From assembly GCA_963705255.1 (NCBI GenBank), contig OY970061.1, positions 416,001-480,000 on the forward strand: a DNA stretch of 64,000 bases. Direction: 5' to 3'. Positions 32,254 through 43,715 of the stretch are shown here, piece after piece. How positions within the stretch are numbered: position 1 is the first letter of the stretch; each line of letters opens with the position of its first letter. This DNA is from an uncultured Methanoregulaceae archaeon. Its GTDB lineage: Archaea; Halobacteriota; Methanomicrobia; Methanomicrobiales; Methanospirillaceae. The notes under the pieces were generated by a model. It did no database searches and was not told the origin of the DNA. It worked only from the letters and a program-made list of their open reading frames with translations. The position numbers and the translations under genes are program-made.

Positions 32254-33076
32254 ATGCGTTTAATCGATTTAATAATAATGCCATTTTTCAATTTACTACC
32301 TGAGAAATTGGCAAATCCATTCAGAGGATTATTTAGACAATTACGGTGCATATATAGAAATTGTTTTATTAATAAAGACTTTAAGCAATATTATCAGAAG
32401 GGTGTTTATGAGTTTAAATTCAATAATGGTTTATTATTATTAGGTTATCGTCCTGACTTCCAAGAAGGTTTTGGAACTGAATTAAATGGTTATTTTGCAC
32501 ATGCTACTTTGAAGACAGGAGACATTGTTGTAGATGCAGGAGCATATCTCGGTTCTTTCGCAATCTATGCAAGTAAAATTGTTGGAGATGAAGGTAAAAT
32601 AATCGCGTTTGAACCAGATCCTGAAAATTATAGGAAATTGCAACAAAATATTAAATTAAATGGCGTAAAAAATATAATACTTATCAATAAGGGGTTATCT
32701 AGCGAAAATACTGAACTATATTTTTATGCAAAAGGAACGACAGCTTCAGCAATTGTGCAGTTATCGGAAAAAAATATCTCTTTCAATCAGAATATAATAA
32801 AAATTTCTGTTGTTCGATTAGATGATGAGTTAGATCAATTAAATATAAAAAATATCGATTTCATTAAAATGGATATTGAAGGGGTCTGAAATTGAAGCTC
32901 TTATTGGGTGCAAAAATTTGTTACTTAATAATTCAGTAAATTTAGCAATTGCAAGTTACCACATTATCAATGGAACTCAAACTTATATCTGTGCTGAAAA
33001 GATACTAAAAAATTTTGGTTATAATGTAAAAACTGATTTTCCGGAACACTTAACAACATATGGCTGGAAAAAATGA
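32254..33076 (+). CDS. FkbM-family methyltransferase; frameshift at 32885
   Basis: VVDAGAYLG, AFEPDPEN, RLDD, IDFIKMDIEG then (+1 frame) AEIEALIG...LAIASYH. Confidence 0.88.
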
Positions 33077-33284
33077 GGGTGACTTAATAGACTCTTCCTG
33101 GACAATACGATATATTTCATTAGAGCATCATAAAAATCCGTGTGTCGGTAATTGTATCGGAATCCTTTTTTCAGGTCTTGTGAGAATTTCTTTGGATTAA
33201 CTCCGTCAATTTTTTATCAATCGTCTATTAGCAAAGACTAGAATACAGATACCCTTAAAATAGGCCTTGCCATTGGAGAATCGT

Positions 33285-34667
33285 TTATTTTGATTTTTTT
33301 GAAATCTCGTTTAAAATTTCTGGAATTGTTCGATATGGGGGAGCGGGGTGATACTTGCGTTTAAAAATATCTGGATTATACGAGCCATCCGCTTCAATCC
33401 AATCGATCCTTTTTTCCAGATTACCAATATCACCTAAGAGATACTTTGGATTTTCTGCAAATGCCTCTGATATCCCAACAAAACCAACCACGAAAGTGTA
33501 ATCGCATGCATTTCGTGCCTCAAGCAATGACGCCGAAGCGCAACCGACTATACCAATATAATCACAGGCGATGTCTCTGATTAGTTTATCTACCCCCATT
33601 ATGGTTACTGCGATGCCCTTTTCTTTAAGATAGATCTGTAATTTCTCTACTTCCGATCCACATTTCTTCGGATGCGGTCTGATATGTGCCTCTTTTGCTC
33701 CACTCTCTGACATGACAATTTGTAGATCGCGATAAAGGAGTTTCTGTTGGTTGATTGTCCCTTCATATCCGCTCAGGCAAACAAGCACTTTATCAGGTTT
33801 TTGTTGTGTTAAACTACATCGACAGCTACCAGCGAAGGGGTATTGAGCTAGATAAACACGAACATTGTTTTTACAGAACGATCTAAAAAAAAGTGCTTGT
33901 ATCTTTTGAAATACGATAAAGGAATCAAGTTCATTCGTGTCAAAGTAAGTAAGATGCTCATATCTGCGTGGGGGGAATGTTTTGTGAACAAGAATTGCCG
34001 GAATAATGTACCGGTTCATAATATATCTTGGATATCTTGAGAACCTGTTTAAAGCGAATAATATACCTTTTTTTATGAATTGCGACTTTGAAGAACTTCT
34101 TATAAACTTTGAAGCTACTCTTCGTATTGGATTATCTTTGATAGTGACTACTTTTGAGGTCTCATTTTGTTTATAATTCCCTGGAGTTGCTATACTCATA
34201 ATCAGATCGGATGCCGATTCCCCTCTAAAAATACCTTCGATAATAACGGGGTAATTTGCAAGTGGAAAACCACATGCAAGTAGACCCACGCAAACGCATT
34301 CATGAGGCAGGATACAATCAATCAGATACCTCTCGTAAATTTCATCTGTTGATCCAATAAGGAGCAGGTCGAACTTTTGGTTACGGAGATAATTTAATTT
34401 CGTTCTCATAAAAAAATGCACTTTAAGGATATTAAGAATATTTTGATTTTCAGTTGAGTTACTAATAAACATGGGAACAATCAGATAATCGATAATTGTT
34501 CCATCTTCTCTCCAATGCTCAAGTTGTTCGGTAAAATCATCCTTAAGATAATAATTGGTTGTCAAAATGAAAATATCGAATGTTTCACTCAGGTCAGCAA
34601 TGAGTGGAGTTATTGCCGCATGAAATAGATACGGGCTCCTGTAAGCGATAAGGAGTTTTTTTTTCAT
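33285..34667 (-). CDS. Hypothetical GT-B-like protein, candidate nonulosonic-acid transferase
   Basis: 460-aa open ORF; C-terminal HIRPHPK and GCASASLLEA resemble the HP and S/T-S/T motifs of CMP-sugar/CDP-polyol transferases. Confidence 0.5.
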   Translation of the reverse strand: MKKKLLIAYRSPYLFHAAITPLIADLSETFDIFILTTNYYLKDDFTEQLEHWREDGTIIDYLIVPMFISNSTENQNILNILKVHFFMRTKLNYLRNQKFDLLLIGSTDEIYERYLIDCILPHECVCVGLLACGFPLANYPVIIEGIFRGESASDLIMSIATPGNYKQNETSKVVTIKDNPIRRVASKFIRSSSKSQFIKKGILFALNRFSRYPRYIMNRYIIPAILVHKTFPPRRYEHLTYFDTNELDSFIVFQKIQALFFRSFCKNNVRVYLAQYPFAGSCRCSLTQQKPDKVLVCLSGYEGTINQQKLLYRDLQIVMSESGAKEAHIRPHPKKCGSEVEKLQIYLKEKGIAVTIMGVDKLIRDIACDYIGIVGCASASLLEARNACDYTFVVGFVGISEAFAENPKYLLGDIGNLEKRIDWIEADGSYNPDIFKRKYHPAPPYRTIPEILNEISKKSK

Positions 34668-34975
34668 TAATCAACTCTTTTAACTATCTTTTATTGGGGT
34701 CGCTATATCTGATAATTCATGGGGCGGTTGATTTCAGCAATATTATAGTTATGTCTGATAAGAATTTAGTGAGATTCTGGTCATGTTACGATGTCGACTG
34801 AGATATCCACAATTGGTATATGCTAAGACTTGAATGCCTAACCTCATTAAAATATAGTATAACATTTTAAGGAGAGGGGGTATAGGACTTCGAGCAGGAT
34901 TTTCTGATACATTCGGGAGAGATTCATGGTTACTCGATCTCCATTCCGGGTCTGTCCGTTTCCTAATGAGTTTTA

Positions 34976-36047
34976 TTAGAACTCAGTTTTTCGGTCAGGT
35001 GATTGCGTAAGTCCCATATCAAGATTATCCAAGATAGAACTAATCTCTTTTTTTGTTATCAGCCTCGCATTTTCCGATGAGAATGAATCAACCTTTGCAG
35101 GCTGGAAACCTGATGGCACCGCATCTGAAGGTGAATAATCGGTATACGGTATATTTTTAGGCAGTACAATATACATCTCATCATTTTCATAAGCACAAGT
35201 TGTTTCGTCTAATGTCATAAGTGTCTCATCAATCTTCTCACCACATCTCAATCCAACGACTGAAATTGGGATATCCTCAGGTTCAAAGCCATAACGTTGA
35301 GCTAAATTTGCCCGCATCACTTCTGCAAGGTCCAGAATGTGCATAGCCGGCATCTTCAAGATAAAGATTTCATTTCCACAAGAAAGCAATCCTGCTGTAA
35401 GGATGAGATGAGTCGCAGAAGGAATATCCATAAAGAACCGTCTCATATCCGAGTGAGTAACGGTTATCGGACCTCCTTTTTGGATCTGTTTTACGAATAA
35501 TGGTATAACAGATCCCCGCGAATTAAGTACATTTCCAAAACGTACACATGAAAATACGGTCTTTTTTATATACCCTCGATAACTGTTTGCAGAGATAGTA
35601 AGCCGTTCTGCAAGAAGCTTTGTTGCACCCATCACATTCGCAGGATTTACTGCCTTATCCGTACTTATAGTGATTACTTTCCGGACTCCTTGGGCGAAAG
35701 CGGCATCCAGAACATTTTGTGTTCCGACTACATTTGTCTTAACAGCATCAAAAGGATTGAACTCACAGAGAGGAACATGTTTGAGTGCTGCAGCATGGAA
35801 GACGATGTCCACACCTTCCATCGCCATCGTAAGTCTTTCCTTGTCCCGGATATCTCCGATAAATGAACGGATCTTATCAGAAGCTGAGATCCTGTTCGAG
35901 ATCAAAAAGACCGCTTTCGTTATTATCAAAGATCCGGACACTATTAGGTTCATATTTAAGAATTTCCCTGACCAAATAACTGCCTATCGATCCAACACCA
36001 CCGGTAATCAAAACCGTTTTTCCGCCGTAATAACTTTTCAGATCCAT
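34976..36047 (-). CDS. UDP-GlcNAc 4,6-dehydratase (PglF/CapD-type catalytic domain); frameshift at ~35885
   Basis: From ATG 36047: KTVLITGGVGSIG; then HAAALKHVP.CE.NP, ISTDKAV, MGATK, VRFGNVLNSRGSV, GEKIDE. Confidence 0.88.
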
Positions 36048-37176
36048 TCAGTTTCCTCCATAATATTCTGAAATAACCTGAACTACTTTTTCTGCATCTT
36101 CAACCGGCATGCCAGGATAAATTGGCAGGCTTACGATATCGTTTGCCACTCTCTCCGTGACAGGAAGCGATACCTGGTATCCTAGTTCATGGTGATAGTA
36201 GTGGGTGAGATGAACCGGCAGGAAATAGATTTTGGTCATGATCTCTTGTTCCGTCAGGAACTGCATCAATCCATCCCGGTCAGAAGCCCGGACTGAGAAT
36301 AACTGATGCACATGTTTGTAGCCATTCGGTGTATTCATTGGTGATACAACGGATTTATTCTTCTGGAGCAGAGAAGTATACCCATCTGCAATGCGTGTCC
36401 TCATCTCGATTATCGCTTTAACCTTTCGTAATTGTGCAAGCCCCAGAGCTGCAGAAATATTCGAGAGTCTGAAATTGTACCCCAGCGTGACGTAGTCCAT
36501 GCATTCCGATGATGTAAAGTAATCCGAGGTCTCCAGACCTCCCATGAGAGCGTACCAATTTTACCTTCTCATAGAGATCTCTTGAGTTTGTAACCAAGGC
36601 ACCCCCTTCCCCTGTGGTAATCACTTTATTCTGGCAGAAACTAAGCATCGCAGAGTCGCCATAGGATCCTACCCGTTTACCCTCAATAGAAGCGCCAAAA
36701 GCCTCTGCTGCATCCTCAATGAGAACAAGATTGTGATCATCTGCAATTTCCCTTAATTCCCTGATCCTGCAGGGGCAGCCCCCATAATGAATTGGTATGA
36801 TCGCTTTCGTCTTCGGGGTAATGTTCTCAATCACGCTTTCCGGACTTAGTCCAAGGGTGCTCTCTTCGATATCTGCAAATACAGGTTTAGCCCCAACGAA
36901 CTTCGGGGCATTTGCCGTCGCAATGAATGTAAAAGAAGGCACAATCACTTCATCTCCGCTACAAATGCCATGTGCGATAAGCCCGGCATGGAGCGCCGAG
37001 GTGCCGGAGTTGAATGTGAGGCAATATTTTGTCCCGATATAATCTGCGAGTTCATTCTCGAACTGCGTCACATTCGAACCAACAGCCCAATTCATGCCGG
37101 AACGTATTGCTCTGTCGACGGCATCGATGTCGTCCTGATCCCAGTACATTTTGAATAGAGGGATATTCCATGTCAT
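36048..37176 (-). CDS. DegT/DnrJ/EryC1/StrS sugar aminotransferase; frameshift at 36537
   Basis: NSGTSALH, PSFTFIAT, IEDAAEA, SFCQNKVITTGEGG, RSHGR; C-terminal GYNFRLS, LPIYP. Confidence 0.9.
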
Positions 37177-37181
37177 CCAGA

Positions 37182-37608
37182 TTACTCCTGAAGCCGTATG
37201 TCAATAATCTCATCATCGGTCAACGCTCGCACAACTTTTGCAGGTACGCCAAACGCAAGGACATTATCCGGGATATTGACATTTACAAAGCTCGAATGCC
37301 CCGATGATCGAACCTTCCCCTACCGTTACTCCCGGCATGATGACCGAATGTGTACCAATGCGGCAACCTTTCTTTAACCGGACTTCGCCACGTTTATTAT
37401 CAATTGTTGAAACAGAATAAATTGAGCAATGTGATCCTATCTGAACAAATTCTTCAAATATCACTCCGTTCTGTGCGTTGATATAGGTGAAAGCACCGAT
37501 ATCAGTTTTATATCCAAGTATGAACTTATCGGTATGCCTTACCATCCATTGGTACCGTGTGGGCTCTCCGTCTTTTATCTCGGGAGGGGTCCAATCGTGA
37601 AAACGCAT
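37182..37608 (-). CDS. Hexapeptide-repeat (LbH) acetyltransferase; frameshift at ~37293
   Basis: IGAFTYI, QIGSHCSI, RIGTHSVIMPGVTVGEGSIIGA, then SFVNVNIP...GVPAKVVR. Confidence 0.85.
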
Positions 37609-37892
37609 AGTCAAAAACACTTCTGTCCGGGTGAGTCGGTTAAAATAAATTTGAGGTAGAAAAAAAACATGAGTTCGTTGTTTCCATTCATTTCATCCCC
37701 ATCATTTCGATATTTTGTTAGTGATTATCTAAAGTATTAATTCTTCCCCAATAAATTGGTTATCTCCCAAAAATACGAGAATATTAGGATATGAACCATC
37801 CCTTGTTTATCGCAATATTCCACTATTTACTTCAGTTCGAAGGAGACTTAATACTATTCAAGTTAAAACTGCATCTCAATCTCTCTTAATTT

Positions 37893-38645
37893 TCATTTTC
37901 TTGCCGCAATGAAATACCACGGCATCAACAATGGACCAGATATCTGCAATTTATGACCGCTCTCTAATTTTTCAGTATATGTTCCCATTATATTTTTATT
38001 TGGCTTGGGTAAATCTATGTCAATTTCATAAGATTTAACTTGAGGATCAACATATCCCATGCTTTTTAGATATTTCATTACAATCGGTAGTGAATATATA
38101 TTTGAGAAATAATTTCGGTGTGGTTCTAAAGAGTCATCATATTCAGTTACTTCAACCGTACATGAGGCTTGACCATCGTAGAATAGCGAGGTAATTGCAA
38201 TCCATCGTGGTGCAAGTTTTGTCATTACATCAATCGGAGACCTGAATTCTGGAAGCCAGCTTAGTGTTTGAAAAGATATTACTCCATGAAAGTTGCCAAT
38301 ATATTTGGCATTGAGATCGTAAATATCTCCAACTTCTAATCGACAATTTTTAATTCCGTTGTTTTGGAAAAAGTTATTCCCTTTTTTAACGAAGTCGGGG
38401 TTAATATCTACTCCCAGAAAGGTTGAGTGGGGGTATCTTTTTGACATATAATAGATGTTTGCGCCCATTCCAGAACATAAATCGAGTATCGTTAAGCGAC
38501 TATCACTATTTATAAACCCAAGTTTTTCAAGCCAATTGCAGACAGAGACCGTACTTCTATATGGCTCTCTGAATTGTCTTTCATGATAATCGGCTCTCAC
38601 CTTACCCTTATCGATCCATTCATCTTTTCGCTGTTTTATTTTCAT
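37893..38645 (-). CDS. Class I SAM-dependent methyltransferase
   Basis: ILDLCSGMGAN, GVDIN, GDIYDL, SFQTLSW. Confidence 0.85.
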   Translation of the reverse strand: MKIKQRKDEWIDKGKVRADYHERQFREPYRSTVSVCNWLEKLGFINSDSRLTILDLCSGMGANIYYMSKRYPHSTFLGVDINPDFVKKGNNFFQNNGIKNCRLEVGDIYDLNAKYIGNFHGVISFQTLSWLPEFRSPIDVMTKLAPRWIAITSLFYDGQASCTVEVTEYDDSLEPHRNYFSNIYSLPIVMKYLKSMGYVDPQVKSYEIDIDLPKPNKNIMGTYTEKLESGHKLQISGPLLMPWYFIAARK

Positions 38646-38676
38646 TCCAATCCACCATCGATAATGCAGAAAATTC

Positions 38677-39831
38677 TTAATTTTTTGGATTTCGATTAAA
38701 TTTAATTAAAAGGTCTTCGTCAATATCTATTTTTGAAAGAATCTCACTAATCTTTATTGATGCCATACCGTTTCCATAAGGATTTCTGCACAATCTTGCT
38801 TTTTTCCGAAATTTATCATCGTGAATGGCTTTATAAATGCAATCTCTAATTTTTTCTCGGTTATATTCTGTATCAATGACATTATCCGCTCGCTCCCTCC
38901 CCCTCTGGCGTGTGCCGATATTCACGACCGGAAGACCAAATGACGGTGCTTCGATAAGTGCACTGCTTGAATTTCCGATTAGGACGCTCACTTGTTGCAA
39001 TAGACTAAGATAATCCTCGTGAGGGATGCTTGAAAAGATTTTTAGATAGGGCAGATGTTCGTATTCTCTGATCACTTCAATCATTCTTCTCCCTCCGGCA
39101 TCCGCATTTGGATAAATCATAATTGTCTGGTATTGTAATGAAACAACAGCCTCTAAGGTTTCCCGGATCTGTACTGAAGCGTTATCCACTTCAAGTGTTA
39201 CCGGGTGCTGAACAATGAGAAGAACCGGTTTTGAGAAATCAATCTCATATTTTTGTTCAAGTTCATCATGGGATAATAATCGTTCATGCAGGATCTGATC
39301 TAACCCGGGAGCACCGACAACAAAAATCCGGAAGGTATCTTCTCCCATCCTGTGTATTCGTTTTGCACTTTCGTCTGTAGCTGGGAAATGGATGTGTGCA
39401 AGTTTTGTTATCGCATTCCTGGTATAATCATCAACCGTAGAAGTGACTTCACCTCCATGGATGTGAGCAACAGGGATACTCATATAAACTCCGACAATCG
39501 CTCCGGCAAGCATCTCACCCCGGTCTCCAAGGACGAGAATAATATCTGGGTGAAGAGAATGCATTACAGGTACAAGTTCTTGAATAAATTTTCCAATAAA
39601 AATTGCCATCGATTCTTTTGTATCATCTTCATACTGAACATCAACGATATGATAACTGAATCCATCTTTTTTTATTTCATCAATTGTATTTCCGAATTCA
39701 TCCATCAGGTGCATACCGGTCACAACTATGTCAAGAGACAGATCCGGATGATTATGAATGCTACGTAACACTGAGCGCATCAGACCATAATCTGCCCGCG
39801 TACCACTGATATAGAGTATCTTACGCATCAT
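38677..39831 (-). CDS. neuC: Hydrolysing UDP-N-acetylhexosamine 2-epimerase (NeuC/LegG)
   Basis: GTRADYGL, VTGMHL, LGDRGEML, HIHGGE, QHPVT, YPNADAG, GNSSS, RQRGRE. Confidence 0.93.
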   Translation of the reverse strand: MMRKILYISGTRADYGLMRSVLRSIHNHPDLSLDIVVTGMHLMDEFGNTIDEIKKDGFSYHIVDVQYEDDTKESMAIFIGKFIQELVPVMHSLHPDIILVLGDRGEMLAGAIVGVYMSIPVAHIHGGEVTSTVDDYTRNAITKLAHIHFPATDESAKRIHRMGEDTFRIFVVGAPGLDQILHERLLSHDELEQKYEIDFSKPVLLIVQHPVTLEVDNASVQIRETLEAVVSLQYQTIMIYPNADAGGRRMIEVIREYEHLPYLKIFSSIPHEDYLSLLQQVSVLIGNSSSALIEAPSFGLPVVNIGTRQRGRERADNVIDTEYNREKIRDCIYKAIHDDKFRKKARLCRNPYGNGMASIKISEILSKIDIDEDLLIKFNRNPKN

Positions 39832-40889
39832 TCAATCATATCCCAGTGGATTACTTTGTCTTTTGGAATTTTTATTCTTGCTTTCTTATGTAAGATTGAT
39901 TCATAATATCTCGGTTCAATTCCGGTTCCTGGCCTTTTTATTGCAAGATTGCTCTCTTTCAGTATTTCCCCTGCTTTTATATCACATTTGGCAACGACAC
40001 TCCTCCGTGAAACCTTTTTTAGTGCTTCCTCTTCTTTATTCGGCCCCTTGATCCCATTTCCCAAAGCAATTTCCACATCCCGTATCGCTTTTACCATCGC
40101 TCGTAATTCATGAGGCTCAAGAGAGGCTTCGTGGTCCGGACCCGGGAGTGTTCTATCCAGCGTGAAATGTTTTTCTAGGACACAAGCACCCATGGCTACG
40201 GCTGCAATAGGAATGGTGATACCTTCCGTATGATCTGAATAGCCAACCGGTGCCTGAAATGCACAGCGCATTGTTTCCATCACATGCAGGTTTACGGAAT
40301 TGATGGATGCTGGATAACTTGTTGTGCAATGAAGAAAGATAATATTTTCAGATCCCCATTTTTTCAGATAATGAAGCGCATCTTCGACCTCTCCAAGTGT
40401 GGCCATCCCTGTAGACAAAATAATCGTTTTCTTTTTTTCTGCTATTTTTTTAAGAAGGGAAAAATTCGTAATTTCACCGGATGAAATTTTATATGCTGGT
40501 ACATTAATCCTATTAAGGAGATCGACACTTCTCTCATCAAATGGCGTCGATAAAAAAATTATTTTCCGTTTTTTCGCGTACTCTGCAAGTCCTAAAAAAA
40601 CTTCATCAGAAAGCTCTAATTTTTTAATCATATCGTATTGGGTTTCATTTGAATTAATCGTATTTTTTTGATATCCGGCTTTTTCGGCAGTGCACGTAAC
40701 AACGTTATCCGCATGAAACGTCTGAAACTTTACCGCGTCCGCCCCTGCCTCTGAAGTGACATCAATAAGCCTCTTTGCAAGGTTAACATCCCCGTTATGA
40801 TTGACTCCGGCCTCAGGAATAATGAATACCGGTTCGCCGCATCCGATTAATCGGTCACCGACTTTTATTTTTTTATCATGGGGATTCAT
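39828..40889 (-). CDS. neuB: Nonulosonic acid synthase (NeuB/LegI-like) with SAF domain
   Basis: EAGVNHNGD, AVKFQTF, LSTPFD, KISSGE, LHCTTSYP, GYSDHT, EKHFTLD..GPDH, KRPGTGI. Confidence 0.95.
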   Translation of the reverse strand: MNPHDKKIKVGDRLIGCGEPVFIIPEAGVNHNGDVNLAKRLIDVTSEAGADAVKFQTFHADNVVTCTAEKAGYQKNTINSNETQYDMIKKLELSDEVFLGLAEYAKKRKIIFLSTPFDERSVDLLNRINVPAYKISSGEITNFSLLKKIAEKKKTIILSTGMATLGEVEDALHYLKKWGSENIIFLHCTTSYPASINSVNLHVMETMRCAFQAPVGYSDHTEGITIPIAAVAMGACVLEKHFTLDRTLPGPDHEASLEPHELRAMVKAIRDVEIALGNGIKGPNKEEEALKKVSRRSVVAKCDIKAGEILKESNLAIKRPGTGIEPRYYESILHKKARIKIPKDKVIHWDMIE

Positions 40890-40891
40890 AT

Positions 40892-41671
40892 CTATAACGT
40901 CCAGCCCCCGTCAACAATGATATTTTGTCCGGTAATATATCGGGATTGGTCACTCAGTAAAAATGACAGAACGCCAGTAATGTCATTCGATCGGGCCATT
41001 CGTTTCCCCAAAAAAACCTTTGATGAATATTCTTTTATAAATGATTCGGGCTGGCGATCTTCAATTCCCCCGGGAGAGATCGCATTCACGCGGATATTGT
41101 ACTTACCGAGATACGAAGCGAGATATTTTGTAAAATTAATAATTCCACCTTTAATTACAGCATATTCTACGGGCATTGTCTTTGACGTTCCATCATATAT
41201 TTCAAATCTTGGCGCTGTGAAACCATATATCGAGGCCATATTAATGATATTCCCGGAGTTCTGGGCCATCATCTCCCGGGCAACCCATTTGGTAATATTG
41301 AAATAGCCCCCCATATGCATACACACATTTTCACAAAAATCGTCATAGGTTACTTCCTCAAAGATTCTGCCATAATTCCTATTCCGTGGATACGCATTAT
41401 TGACTAAGGCGGAAATTGTTCCGTATTCCGCTTTGCAATAATCAATTAATTCCTGAATTTCCGTACTATTCGTGATATCGCAATGCTTGTATCTGATATT
41501 TGCGTTCCCTGTTGTTTCTGCAATCTCCTTCGCAGTTTTTGTACCGATCTCCTCATTAATATCTGCAATTACAACAGAGTACCCAGTATCTGCACATACT
41601 TGGGAAAATGCCCTCCCCAACAATCCTGAACCACCGGTGATTATTACGACATTTTCCTTTACAATATCCAT
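40892..41671 (-). CDS. ptmA: SDR oxidoreductase, flagellin modification protein A (PtmA)/ElaC-like
   Basis: ITGGSGLLG, NNAYPRNRNYG, ASIYG, YAVIK, RVNAISPGG, GQNIIVDGG. Confidence 0.75.
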   Translation of the reverse strand: MDIVKENVVIITGGSGLLGRAFSQVCADTGYSVVIADINEEIGTKTAKEIAETTGNANIRYKHCDITNSTEIQELIDYCKAEYGTISALVNNAYPRNRNYGRIFEEVTYDDFCENVCMHMGGYFNITKWVAREMMAQNSGNIINMASIYGFTAPRFEIYDGTSKTMPVEYAVIKGGIINFTKYLASYLGKYNIRVNAISPGGIEDRQPESFIKEYSSKVFLGKRMARSNDITGVLSFLLSDQSRYITGQNIIVDGGWTL

Positions 41672-41685
41672 GTGAAATCACTTCC

Positions 41686-43002
41686 TTATGTTAAGCGTTT
41701 GAATCCTTCGTGTGCGACCGGGCCTTTAAGAAGGGAATTGATCTCTCCATTTTCGATCCCATGCTGGATTATACCAAATACTTCTTCAACATTTGAGAGG
41801 TAATCTTCAACATGCTGATTTGAGTGACTGTAAGACACATAGACGCTCTTTGATGCAAGATATCCTCTCTTTAGCATCTCTTGCGTGAAGAGGGTATGCA
41901 ATACCTGACTGTTGTCAGACATAAATTTGAATGTAGTAAGAGGAGGAATTCCCATGACTTCGAGAGGTAATGAATATTCTTTCGAAAGATTTTCCCATCC
42001 ACGACTGATCTGTTTGCCGATCTCTATCAGATGTTCAGGGACTTTTTTATTGCTACATTTATTAATTGTTGCGATTGACGCGACAAGACCAATGCTCTCT
42101 GTCCAATAGGTACTGCTGATGAAGCTTTCCTGTGCACTTCCCATCACCTCTTTTTTTCCGATTATTGCTGCCATGGAATATCCATTGCTCATCGCTTTTC
42201 CGTAAACAGCAATATCCGGAGTTACCTTATAGAGCGCGTGTATCCCCCCGACATTCATTCGCCAACCGGACGTAACCTCGTCAAAAATCAATACCGCTCC
42301 GATATCATCCGCAATCCTGCGTACACCGTTTAGAAATCCGTGTGCGGGTTCGTGATGCCGGAGAGGCTCCATCACAATCACACCAACATCGTTTTTCTCC
42401 ACAATCCTCTCAAGCTCATTCAGGTTATTATAATTGAATGGTAGAGCGGTTCCTTTCAAGCCACGTGGTACCCCTTTCGGTTCAAGTCCTGGTAGTAATT
42501 GCCCATCAAGATTTTTATTGTCCGCTAAATTGGCGGCGAGATACCAGTCGTGCCAACCATGATATCCACAAAACGCGACAATATCCTTATCTGTGTGTGC
42601 ACGACCGATTCGAACCGCAACAGCCATCGCCTCTCCACCGGTCTTAGCATATCGGACCATGTCTGCCCAAGGATGCAATTTCAGGAGTAATTCCGCAAGA
42701 TCAACTTCTTCAGGACAGTTCAGGGTTGATATCGACCCCGCGTCCACGGCTCTATGAACCGCCGTATTAACATCATTATCCGCATATCCAAGGATGCAGG
42801 CACCAACACCCATGATTGACATATCGATATATTTTTTTCCGTCGAGATCCCAGATCTCAACACCTTTTGCTTTTGAATAATATGACGGCCAGCCATCGGG
42901 TAAAAACATCTCCGATCGTTTTGACAAGAGCTGTGTTCCTCCGGGAATGATTTTTTTAGCTTTTTCCCACAAGGAAATTCCGGCATTTGTAGTTTTTTTC
43001 AT
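41686..43002 (-). CDS. Class III PLP aminotransferase (GSA-aminomutase-like fold), glycan-locus type
   Basis: IPGG.QLLSKR, WDLDGKKYID, YAKTGGEA, GYHGWHDW, FDEVTSGWR, YGKAMSNG. Confidence 0.88.
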   Translation of the reverse strand: MKKTTNAGISLWEKAKKIIPGGTQLLSKRSEMFLPDGWPSYYSKAKGVEIWDLDGKKYIDMSIMGVGACILGYADNDVNTAVHRAVDAGSISTLNCPEEVDLAELLLKLHPWADMVRYAKTGGEAMAVAVRIGRAHTDKDIVAFCGYHGWHDWYLAANLADNKNLDGQLLPGLEPKGVPRGLKGTALPFNYNNLNELERIVEKNDVGVIVMEPLRHHEPAHGFLNGVRRIADDIGAVLIFDEVTSGWRMNVGGIHALYKVTPDIAVYGKAMSNGYSMAAIIGKKEVMGSAQESFISSTYWTESIGLVASIATINKCSNKKVPEHLIEIGKQISRGWENLSKEYSLPLEVMGIPPLTTFKFMSDNSQVLHTLFTQEMLKRGYLASKSVYVSYSHSNQHVEDYLSNVEEVFGIIQHGIENGEINSLLKGPVAHEGFKRLT

Positions 43003-43715
43003 AGCAACCCTTTCAATTTTGCATCCATCAATGCTTCAGCACAAATAAAATCACTCAAATCATCTATTTCAATTAGTTTGTACTTCTGAATGATATAAGC
43101 AAGTGTAAATTCTTGGTAAAAGGATCTCCTCTCCCTAAATGTCTCGATCCATGATACATACACAGATCCATCAAAGAAAAATACTTCTTCTAATTCCTGT
43201 CTTCGTAAGATATTGAAATTGGAACTGCCATTATATTTTCTTATAAAACCCCCGGGATTAATAATTACATTGAATTCAGGGTGCCCCGATTCAAGTTTCG
43301 CGACACTAACAATAGCTTTTGCCTTGGGAGTATCAACCAATTTTTTAATGCAGGTGTCAATATCGATAACATCTCTCAATGGAGATGTGGGTTCCAGAAG
43401 GATGATTAATGAATACTGCTCGTTTTCTTTCTCCAAAAAGTCAAGTGCATGTATTATCACATCTGCTGTTGCCGACGTATCCAAAGCTAATTCTTTTGGG
43501 CGCAGGAATGGGACATCAGCACCATACGCCCGGGAAATATGGGCAATCTCTTCATCGTCGGTACTGACGATTATTTTATCAATATATTTGCTTTTTTTTG
43601 CCTCTTCAATAGTCCATGCTATCAAAGGTTTTCCCAAGAGGGGTCTGATATTTTTTTTGTGAAGACCTTTTGATCCACTGCGGGCAGGTATTAGAGCAAG
43701 AATTTTTGGTTTCAA
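42999..43715 (-). CDS. neuA: CMP-nonulosonic acid synthetase (acylneuraminate cytidylyltransferase)
   Basis: IPARSGSKGL.KKNI, VSTDD, PFLRP.ELA.D, LEPTSPLR, RRQEL, EIDD. Confidence 0.92.
   Translation of the reverse strand: MKPKILALIPARSGSKGLHKKNIRPLLGKPLIAWTIEEAKKSKYIDKIIVSTDDEEIAHISRAYGADVPFLRPKELALDTSATADVIIHALDFLEKENEQYSLIILLEPTSPLRDVIDIDTCIKKLVDTPKAKAIVSVAKLESGHPEFNVIINPGGFIRKYNGSSNFNILRRQELEEVFFFDGSVYVSWIETFRERRSFYQEFTLAYIIQKYKLIEIDDLSDFICAEALMDAKLKGLL

Noticed and set aside
22290-32890. Selenocysteine or pyrrolysine read-through at premature stops (about 22302 and 32887)
   Set aside because: The downstream halves are in a different frame, so read-through would not restore the proteins
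41686-43002. hemL (tetrapyrrole synthesis)
   Set aside because: GYHGWHDW-type sequence, coupling to neuA and no hem genes nearby indicate the glycan-locus subfamily
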